Position numbers and translations under genes: made by a program. Below are positions 1-5,421 of a DNA stretch of 6,915 bases, in pieces; positions within the stretch are counted from its first letter, which is position 1, and each line of letters opens with the position of its first letter. Location: positions 1-6,915 of the IMG/VR virus record IMGVR_UViG_3300000059_000098; one strand, written 5' to 3'. Under the pieces are notes generated by a model. It did not search any database. It saw only the letters and a program-made list of their open reading frames with translations, and was not told the origin of the DNA. This DNA comes from a virus (taxonomy: Duplodnaviria; Heunggongvirae; Uroviricota; Caudoviricetes).

Positions 1-777
1 AGTGCCGCCAGCTTCGCTTCCCAACGCAGCAACATGCGGTGATTTTGCCTGTGCAACCTTTTCCATTGCCGCAGACGTACTTTCGGTATATTCAATCTTC
101 CAGTGCGGATAACGATTAAGGAATTTGCTGCATTGCTGGAATGGCTGCGGATGGCTGTAGACCGTATTGATGGTGGATAAATCAGTAGTGCCGGAGACCA
201 ACAAACAATGGTCGATAGTTAACGTCATCTCGCCAACAATCGACAAGCTGGTATGTTGCAGCAGATCGTAAACGTCGTTTATGGCACCGGAGCTGGTATT
301 TTCAATCGGTACGACGGCATAGTCGGCCTGGCCGGTTTCCACCTGATTAAAAATATCGGCAAATTTGGCGCAGCCACTTTCAATGAATTGCTCAAAGTGA
401 CGGGCAGCATACTGGCGCGCCGCAAGATGGGAATAAGAACCTTTGGGGCCGAGAAAAGCGATGCGTGCTGAGTGCGGATTAATTTTATTGAGATGTTGCT
501 GGAGCAAAGCCTGCTGAGTTAATACGGAATCTTCAATGATGAGCTGGAACAGGCGAGTAATGTAATGGGCGTCCAGATGGTGCGCTTTACCGAGCGTAAT
601 TAATCTTTCCAGCAAATCGCGTTCACGATCAATATCACGTACCGGGCGATGCGAGAGCAGTTTGGCTTTTCCCACCTCGACGGCCAGTTCGCGCCGCTCT
701 GCCAGTAATGCTAATAATTTTTCATCCAGCGCGCTGATTTTCTCTCGCAGCGCCAGTAACGGGTTTTCCGATGTCAT
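1..777 (-). CDS. pheA: Chorismate mutase / prephenate dehydratase PheA, N-terminal 259 codons (C-terminus lies beyond the left edge)
   Basis: Minus-strand frame is open from the ATG (reverse complement of 775-777) to position 1. Translation begins [41 protein letters not shown] and reaches ...[20 protein letters not shown] at the edge, which I recognise as enterobacterial PheA. Absent from the ORF track because there is no in-window stop. Confidence 0.95.
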
Positions 778-798
778 AGTGTTGCCTTTTTGTTATCA

Positions 799-828
799 AT
801 AAAAAAGGCCCCCCGATTTGGGAGGCCT
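799..828 (-). terminator. pheA attenuator terminator (leader hairpin plus U tract)
   Basis: GC-rich inverted repeat ggcccccc (807-814) / gggaggcc (820-827) with a 5-nt loop; on the minus-strand transcript it is followed by a run of U (plus-strand A-run 801-806), directly between pheL and the pheA start. Confidence 0.8.
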
Positions 829-875
829 TATTGTTCGTCTTCGCATTCTGTTTCACACGACGAAACGCCTCCCAT

Positions 876-923
876 TCAGGGGAAGGTAAAAAAGAATGCG
901 AAGAAAAACGGTGTGTGTTTCAT
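876..923 (-). CDS. pheL: phe operon leader peptide, 15 aa, [15 protein letters not shown], seven Phe codons
   Basis: Minus-strand ATG at 921-923, stop TGA at 876-878; Phe-rich leader immediately upstream of the attenuator hairpin and pheA. Too short for the ORF track. Confidence 0.9.
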   Translation of the reverse strand: [15 protein letters not shown]

Positions 924-939
924 GTTTGTTTCCTTAAGT

Positions 940-980
940 GACTTTAGTACAGTACCCGTACTGTTTTCACGCTGTCAACA
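940..980 (-). promoter_or_regulatory. pheL-pheA promoter region
   Basis: Consensus -35 TTGACA on the minus strand (plus 973-978) about 50 nt upstream of the pheL ATG. The -10 element is not confidently assigned; candidates lie around 949-956. Confidence 0.55.
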
Positions 981-983
981 AAA

Positions 984-1001
984 AACGCGCCCGAAGGTGC
1001 G
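984..1001 (-). terminator. Terminator-like hairpin insulating the pheA promoter from transcription coming from the integrase side
   Basis: Minus-strand RNA would read CGCACC-UUCG-GGCGCG followed by UUUUUU: a 6-bp stem with one A/C mismatch, a UUCG tetraloop and a U6 tract. Confidence 0.35.
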
Positions 1002-1005
1002 TTGT

Positions 1006-1091
1006 AAAACCCACTGAATTCAATGTTTTCCCTTTGTTTTCAGTGGGTTTTGTTATTGGTGGGGGTTACTGATTACCCTATAAAACCCACT
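1006..1091. repeat. Inverted and direct repeats of AAAACCCACT between the host promoter and the integrase stop; candidate att junction or integrase/IHF binding sites
   Basis: aaaacccactgaa (1006-1018) is the exact reverse complement of ttcagtgggtttt (1039-1051), a 13-bp perfect inverted repeat around a 20-nt spacer. A third direct copy, aaaacccact, lies at 1082-1091 and overlaps the integrase stop codon. Confidence 0.45.
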
Positions 1092-2080
1092 TATGTGGAT
1101 GAAATGTGGATGCCTCCTTTTAACGGATTAAGTGAAATTGCATCCTGGAGGAAATCAGGAGCGAGGTGCGCATAGGTCATAGTTTGCTGGATCGTGGCGT
1201 GCCCCATAATTCGCTGGAGCGTAAGTATATTTCCTCCATTAATCATAAAGTGAGCTGCAAAGGTATGGCGTAGAACATGTACAGCCTGTCCTTTTGGTAG
1301 GTCAGGCTTAACACTGCGGAGCACCTTGCGATATTCCTCATAATTGACGTCAAACAAAAGGCCGGATTTCTTTGTTTTGATCTCGCTAACAACTTCATCA
1401 GAGACAGGAATAATTCGAACTTTTCCGTTTTTAGTTTTGTTAAACGTCACGCGGTTATTGATGATGTGTTCCGCGCGCAGATTTTTCGCCTCTCCCCATC
1501 TCGCACCAGTACTGAGACAAAGTAGCGTAATCCGCCGGGCATCACCGCTTACTGCATCCAGTAATTTGGCGATTTCTTCCGTGGTGAGATACGTCATTTC
1601 GGGTGATTTTCGTTTCAAAGAGGGGAGGGCGCGGAGCGGATTTTCTCCGTGAAATTCCCCGGCATTTGTCAGGAGTGTAAACATTCCTCCGAGATCCGAC
1701 TCATCACGCCGAACAGTAGACTCTTTTACTCCCAAGGATAAACGGGAGCTTCGATAAGCGGCCATGAAACGAGCATTAATCTGGCTAACCCTTGGATCAT
1801 TCATTTCTTTGATGATTTTTTTCAACCTGGTTAGAACGCCGTTAGCATATGGCTTATTGCGTCCACCCAATTCCCACCATAACGGAAGCAGATCTGAGAG
1901 ATGACGTTGCTCTGTTGGTTTTTCAAGCCATTCCTTATCGTGCATGTGGCTGAGAACATAACGCTCAAAGGCCACTGCATCTGCCTTTTTCTTAAAAATC
2001 CGCTGAATCCGACGTCCACTTCGGCCACGCGGTCTAACATCCACTTTATACCGTCCACCATCGAGCGCTTTAATTGCCAT
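1091..2080 (-). CDS. int: Phage tyrosine integrase, P2 Int-like (329 aa from MAIKALDGGRYKV...)
   Basis: Complete minus-strand ORF. Tyrosine-recombinase catalytic residues are visible in order: TGARWGEA (Arg), HVLRHTF (His-x-x-Arg), and MTYAHL (Tyr) near the C-terminus. The N-terminus MAIKALDGGRYKVDVRPRGR resembles P2 Int as I recall it. Start chosen at 2080 because GGAGGG lies 8 nt upstream; the track's ATG at 2113 has no Shine-Dalgarno sequence. Confidence 0.9.
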   Translation of the reverse strand: MAIKALDGGRYKVDVRPRGRSGRRIQRIFKKKADAVAFERYVLSHMHDKEWLEKPTEQRHLSDLLPLWWELGGRNKPYANGVLTRLKKIIKEMNDPRVSQINARFMAAYRSSRLSLGVKESTVRRDESDLGGMFTLLTNAGEFHGENPLRALPSLKRKSPEMTYLTTEEIAKLLDAVSGDARRITLLCLSTGARWGEAKNLRAEHIINNRVTFNKTKNGKVRIIPVSDEVVSEIKTKKSGLLFDVNYEEYRKVLRSVKPDLPKGQAVHVLRHTFAAHFMINGGNILTLQRIMGHATIQQTMTYAHLAPDFLQDAISLNPLKGGIHISST

Positions 2081-2146
2081 TGGCAAGCCCTCCGGTGAAA
2101 CGAGGAAAGACATTTCCAGTTTGTAAAACGTAAGAATAATAAAGGG

Positions 2147-2449
2147 TTAACCAATTTTCCTTTCGGATGGGGGTAAATCCGTTGGTTCTTGCCCATAGTG
2201 TGCGAGAGCCGGAGCTATCTGCCCGGATTCAGGCGCAATTTTTCCAGTCATAAACCACAACGCATATTTCTCAAATCTGGGGTTATTTAGTATTTGCTCA
2301 ATTACTTCAGCATTAGGGATGGTTTTACCGCTTTCATATCTCCACAGAGCATCACGGTTTAAACCAAGCATTTTTGCTGTATCCGGGAGGCTAGTAAGTC
2401 TCTCGCTTTCACGCATGATTTTTATGCGTTCTCCAATAGTCATACGCAT
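2147..2449 (-). CDS. C: P2 C-type immunity repressor (about 100 aa, HTH)
   Basis: Minus-strand ORF upstream of and co-oriented with int. Translation MRMTIGERIKIMRESERLTSLPDTAKMLGLNRDALWRYESGKTIP...FEKYALWFMTGKIAPESGQIAPALAHYGQ matches my recollection of the 99-aa P2 C repressor in length, HTH position and the C-terminal IAPESGQIAPALAH segment. Start set at the first ATG (2449), which has GGAGAA 7 nt upstream; the track starts at a TTG at 2464. Confidence 0.8.
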   Translation of the reverse strand: MRMTIGERIKIMRESERLTSLPDTAKMLGLNRDALWRYESGKTIPNAEVIEQILNNPRFEKYALWFMTGKIAPESGQIAPALAHYGQEPTDLPPSERKIG

Positions 2450-2544
2450 GTTGCAATTCTCCAACGTCTGTATTAATGTTTATACAAATGAGTTTGATTT
2501 GGGGCATCCGTCGCAAGAAATACCCCAAACAGGGAGATTATCAC
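2450..2544. promoter_or_regulatory. Divergent switch region between the repressor (leftward) and cox (rightward); expected Pc/Pe promoters and operators
   Basis: 95-bp AT-rich intergenic region between divergent genes. A candidate rightward promoter is TTGCAA (2451-2456) with ATTAAT 16 nt downstream (2473-2478). A 7-bp inverted repeat tttgggg (2498-2504) / ccccaaa (2523-2529) sits just upstream of the cox ribosome-binding site. Operator assignments are not resolved. Confidence 0.5.
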
Positions 2545-2871
2545 ATGAATGAAGAACTATTGAGGGCATTGTTTAAGATCCCAGACCCCATCACCGTCGA
2601 TGAGTTTTCCCGCCGCACAGGTAAGACCGAATCAGCCGTAAGAAAGTTGGTAGAGCGTCGACTCATCCCTCTAACTACTGAGCGCGAGGTTTTAGGCGAG
2701 GAAGGGAGTTCGCGCCGTCTTCTCATCCTTTGGAATGAGTGGCTCGAAATGGTCTATGACGCAACGAAACAGCTTCCTCCTGAGCGTAAAGATTGGCGCA
2801 ATCACTGGCTTAAGAAAGCCAAGAAGCTGGCGGAAGATTTGGGATTAGGCTTTCTTAATTTTGCTGCATGA
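2545..2871 (+). CDS. cox: Cox-like excisionase / early-promoter regulator (108 aa)
   Basis: ATG at 2545 with AGGGAGA 7 nt upstream; first gene of the rightward operon, divergent from the repressor as in P2. The segment ITVDEFSRRTGKTESAVRKLVERRLIP resembles the Cox/excisionase HTH, and later ILWNEWLEMVY and PPERKDWRNHW resemble corresponding P2 Cox segments (from memory). Confidence 0.65.
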   Translation: MNEELLRALFKIPDPITVDEFSRRTGKTESAVRKLVERRLIPLTTEREVLGEEGSSRRLLILWNEWLEMVYDATKQLPPERKDWRNHWLKKAKKLAEDLGLGFLNFAA

Positions 2872-2889
2872 GATGCAGGGAGTTTTGAT

Positions 2890-3231
2890 ATGAAACAGCA
2901 ACGTAATTCACGCTTTCGTAATGGTGCTGAACGTCACGCTAACCGTTTCGCTACCAGTGCATCACGCAGCAACATCCGCTACAGCCTGAGCGATACACAC
3001 GCAACGCCGGATGGCTACCCTGTAAAACAAATCGGTGAGCATGCCTGGCTGATTGAAAAAGCTGGAATCGTGGTCCACAAATGCCCACGCAATCCGTTTA
3101 CCGGAAACCGCATTTTTGCATTGAGCTGCGGCGACAATCAGTTCGGGCAGGATTTCACATTATACGAAGCACTTCGCACGGTTGATCGTCTGCTTCGCGG
3201 ACAAAGTTTTATTAAACAGGTTGATTTATAA
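2890..3231 (+). CDS. Hypothetical protein, 113 aa, basic N-terminus
   Basis: ORF with AGGGAG 7 nt upstream of the ATG, 18 bp after the cox stop. No motif I recognise. Confidence 0.7.
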   Translation: MKQQRNSRFRNGAERHANRFATSASRSNIRYSLSDTHATPDGYPVKQIGEHAWLIEKAGIVVHKCPRNPFTGNRIFALSCGDNQFGQDFTLYEALRTVDRLLRGQSFIKQVDL

Positions 3232-3241
3232 CAGGTGATTT

Positions 3242-3520
3242 ATGACCAAAGAGTATGCACAAGGTGTATTTATCCGTTTTATTGATTTTCGCGGTGAACT
3301 GTTGTTACGTGCATCAGCTATTGATGCTGTAGCCCAGGCAGAAAAAAAAGCAGTTACTCACGTTTATGCGAACAACGCGCAACTGATCGTGGAGCTTCCG
3401 TACCAGACTGTACGTGAAGCCATTAGCGAAGCTGAAAAGGCACGTCAGATTAATAGCGATGAACCATACATCGAAATTATCTGCATGGATTCAAAAGCAG
3501 AAATCCAGAAGGCAGATTAA
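3242..3520 (+). CDS. Hypothetical protein, 92 aa
   Basis: ORF 10 bp after the previous stop with a GGTGA Shine-Dalgarno-like sequence; the same strand and tight packing support it as coding. Confidence 0.7.
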   Translation: MTKEYAQGVFIRFIDFRGELLLRASAIDAVAQAEKKAVTHVYANNAQLIVELPYQTVREAISEAEKARQINSDEPYIEIICMDSKAEIQKAD

Positions 3521-3531
3521 AGGGCGTTGCA

Positions 3532-3774
3532 ATGGACCAGGAATACAAAACTCTCGTCAATAAAGCACTTGAGCGCTTTCATTTTCGCATAAGCGCATCA
3601 GGCACTCATGCTGAGCTCGCAGCCCGAGAGTCATTGACCAGGGCCATCAAGAGTATATACGACACAGCTTTTTACATTGACGACCCGGACGCGCTCGACG
3701 AGCTTTCCATACTCGTCTGCGCCGCAGAAAACGGGGACCATATTGAGCCATATAAACTGGGGAATATTGCATGA
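3532..3774 (+). CDS. Hypothetical protein, 80 aa, acidic
   Basis: ORF 11 bp after the previous stop; its stop overlaps the start of the next small ORF (ATGA). Confidence 0.7.
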   Translation: MDQEYKTLVNKALERFHFRISASGTHAELAARESLTRAIKSIYDTAFYIDDPDALDELSILVCAAENGDHIEPYKLGNIA

Positions 3775-3884
3775 GTATATTTATCTCATGGCTTGTTCTG
3801 ATTATTTCGGTGGCCTGCGCCATTGGGATTATGCGAATTATTCATTCAGTAAAAAAGATTGAACGCTTTTTCACTGGTGAATAA
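3771..3884 (+). CDS. Small hydrophobic membrane peptide, 37 aa (MSIFISWLVLIISVACAIGIMRIIHSVKKIERFFTGE)
   Basis: ATG at 3771 overlaps the stop of the upstream gene (ATGA), with GGGGAA 7 nt upstream. It has one predicted transmembrane helix followed by a basic tail. Below the ORF-track size cutoff. Confidence 0.5.
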   Translation: MSIFISWLVLIISVACAIGIMRIIHSVKKIERFFTGE

Positions 3885-3977
3885 CGATACAAATAAAACA
3901 TCAAATTAAATAAGAAAACGTGAAAACCATCCGTATTAACGGAGGTATTCGCACACGAAAATAACGGAGATACAAAA
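3885..3977 (+). promoter_or_regulatory. AT-rich intergenic region with direct repeat TAACGGAG x2; possible internal promoter or regulator site
   Basis: 93-bp non-coding gap inside an otherwise tightly packed operon. TAACGGAG occurs at 3937-3944 and 3963-3970; the second copy supplies the Shine-Dalgarno sequence for the ORF at 3978. Confidence 0.25.
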
Positions 3978-4388
3978 ATGCACGCAAAAGAAGAAGGTAT
4001 CATCAGAGCACTGAAAGAAATTTCAAAGACAGAAAACGAAGTAGCGAAAAAAGCCATAGCAAATAATCATATGGACGTCGCAACCCACACACTGATAGTC
4101 GCAAGAGTCACGGCAGAAGCAGCCGAAATTATCGCACAACAGGATGCTGAACTGGCGGTTCTCAGAACACAACCAGTCACCGGACTGGATTTGTCTAACA
4201 CCGGACGCCTTATTTACACAATTGGCTCGGAGCTACAGCGATACACCATTATCGCCGGGTTACAGGATAAATACCTGATCACTCCTCACCCCATAAGGGA
4301 ATCAGAAATTCTGACAAATCTCCGCCTGATAGAGCGCTCTCAAGTCGCATTCATTGATGACGCACAGTGCACCGTATTTAACGCATAG
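3978..4388 (+). CDS. Hypothetical protein, 136 aa
   Basis: ORF with GGAGA 7 nt upstream. No motif I recognise. Confidence 0.75.
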   Translation: MHAKEEGIIRALKEISKTENEVAKKAIANNHMDVATHTLIVARVTAEAAEIIAQQDAELAVLRTQPVTGLDLSNTGRLIYTIGSELQRYTIIAGLQDKYLITPHPIRESEILTNLRLIERSQVAFIDDAQCTVFNA

Positions 4389-4411
4389 GGTTACTGGACA
4401 AAGGGGGCGCA

Positions 4412-4615
4412 ATGGCAATTAAGCATTTTCCCGTCGTTCGCTTTACCTCCAGAGGGCGCGAATACGAGGTCGACGAACGCCTGATTACCACTATCGACAA
4501 ACATCGTTCGGAAAAGGATGCACACCACATCTACCTCACTGACGGCACTTACTTCTGCGCCACGAATGTGGTGCGGGTGAACCTTATCCGACAGGTACAG
4601 GAGTCACGCAGATGA
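4412..4615 (+). CDS. Hypothetical protein, 67 aa
   Basis: ORF with AAGGGGG upstream; first of six consecutive genes that each overlap the next by ATGA. Confidence 0.7.
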   Translation: MAIKHFPVVRFTSRGREYEVDERLITTIDKHRSEKDAHHIYLTDGTYFCATNVVRVNLIRQVQESRR

Positions 4616-4878
4616 CCATTCTGGACTATATCGCTACTCATCCGGGTTGTAGCGGCGGAGAAATCGCCGCAGCACTGAATACTCCAACCACAGCCATTAA
4701 TGCTGAGTTACGCCGACTTTGGCGCAGCGGCTTAGTCATCAGAACAAACCGCAGCACAGGTGGTCACGCTCGCAAAACAGGAGGCCGGGCTTCTTACCAC
4801 GTAAACCCGATGCCGTTCGGGTGTGGCAACCCACTAACCCACATGTTTAACCAGCTACTGAAGGAAGCCAGAGCATGA
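4612..4878 (+). CDS. Small predicted winged-helix DNA-binding protein, 88 aa
   Basis: ATGA overlap with the upstream gene; AGGAG 8 nt upstream. The segment GEIAAALNTPTTAINAELRRLWRSGLVIRT looks like a helix-turn-helix plus wing. Fold assignment is by eye only. Confidence 0.7.
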   Translation: MTILDYIATHPGCSGGEIAAALNTPTTAINAELRRLWRSGLVIRTNRSTGGHARKTGGRASYHVNPMPFGCGNPLTHMFNQLLKEARA

Positions 4879-4997
4879 GCACCATCAACCACCAGGAACC
4901 ACGCGAACTGGCGACTGCCGTACAAAGAATGTCTACCCAAAAATCACTGCCATTCCGTGTGAGCCCTGTCCGACGGGTACAGGAGTCACACGGATGA
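4875..4997 (+). CDS. Small ORF, 40 aa (MSTINHQEPRELATAVQRMSTQKSLPFRVSPVRRVQESHG)
   Basis: ATGA overlap at both ends; AAGGAAG 7 nt upstream. Its C-terminus and 3' end duplicate those of the 67-aa gene. Below the ORF-track size cutoff. Confidence 0.45.
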   Translation: MSTINHQEPRELATAVQRMSTQKSLPFRVSPVRRVQESHG

Positions 4998-5212
4998 ACA
5001 GAAGGAGAATTACACGCAGACATCGCCGCACGCGCCTGAGCTCCCCGCCAACACTAAAGGAACTCATTCAAAGCGAGATCGGTGATTTCTTCGCTGGGTT
5101 TGGATCACCTAGCGAACCAGAAACACCAGAAGCGATGCAGCGCGAACTCATGATGCGCATCGATAACGTTTTTGACTTTTTCCTGAATAACAAAAGAGAG
5201 CAACCGACATGA
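4994..5212 (+). CDS. Hypothetical protein, 72 aa, arginine-rich N-terminus (MNRRRITRRHRRTR) and acidic C-terminal half
   Basis: ATGA overlap with the upstream gene; AGGAG 8 nt upstream. Confidence 0.65.
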   Translation: MNRRRITRRHRRTRLSSPPTLKELIQSEIGDFFAGFGSPSEPETPEAMQRELMMRIDNVFDFFLNNKREQPT

Positions 5213-5421
5213 ACGAAAAGACCTGGTTTCGCGCATACATGTGGGCGCTGGTATGCGTCCTCTTTTCTCTCATTCTGTATGCGGGACTACTCCCCCGAAT
5301 GATTTCATCAGACAGCTCCTTCCTGGTATTGCTGGGCATTTTTGTCGCCTTGCTGTACCCGGCGGGCGTTGTCCGCTTTTTCAGTAACTACATCAAAGCA
5401 ACTATGGAAACCAAACAATGA
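5209..5421 (+). CDS. Small integral membrane protein, 70 aa, two predicted TM helices
   Basis: ATGA overlaps at both ends. Hydrophobic segments WALVCVLFSLILYAGLL and FLVLLGIFVALLYPAGVV. Confidence 0.7.
   Translation: MNEKTWFRAYMWALVCVLFSLILYAGLLPRMISSDSSFLVLLGIFVALLYPAGVVRFFSNYIKATMETKQ

Noticed and set aside
253-471. Plus-strand 72-aa ORF from the track
   Set aside because: Lies entirely inside pheA on the opposite strand, where the minus-strand translation is unambiguous PheA.
790-1017. Plus-strand 75-aa ORF from the track
   Set aside because: Spans the pheA attenuator, pheL and the pheA promoter on the opposite strand; no ribosome-binding site and low-complexity translation.
2113-2113. 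Track start for the integrase at 2113 (340 aa)
   Set aside because: No Shine-Dalgarno sequence upstream, whereas the ATG at 2080 has GGAGGG and gives the MAIKALDGGRY N-terminus; 2080 preferred, 2113 not excluded.
1344-2196. Track ORFs 1344-1652 (+), 1901-2098 (+) and 1831-2196 (-)
   Set aside because: All are embedded in or overlap the integrase gene in other frames or on the other strand; the integrase frame carries the catalytic motifs.
2464-2464. Track start for the repressor at a TTG (2464) and for cox at 2476
   Set aside because: The first ATG of each with a good Shine-Dalgarno sequence (2449 and 2545) gives lengths matching the P2 C/Cox-type proteins; the upstream extensions would run through the promoter region.
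2468-2487. Possible LexA box (ctgtattaatgtttatacaa)
   Set aside because: The downstream half is ACAA rather than ACAG and the spacing is off the CTGT-N8-ACAG consensus; also not expected for a P2 C-type switch.
2319-2726. Track ORFs 2319-2552 (+) and 2541-2726 (-)
   Set aside because: They overlap the repressor and cox genes on the opposite strand; the repressor and cox frames have ribosome-binding sites and interpretable products.
2864-2878. 6-bp perfect inverted repeat ctgcat-gag-atgcag at the cox stop
   Set aside because: Too short to call a terminator and lacks a U tract; it could modulate translation of the next gene but nothing supports a specific role.
3677-4057. Track ORFs 3677-3862 (+) and 3842-4057 (-)
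   Set aside because: Out-of-frame or antisense overlaps of the 80-aa gene, the micropeptide and the 136-aa gene; no ribosome-binding sites.
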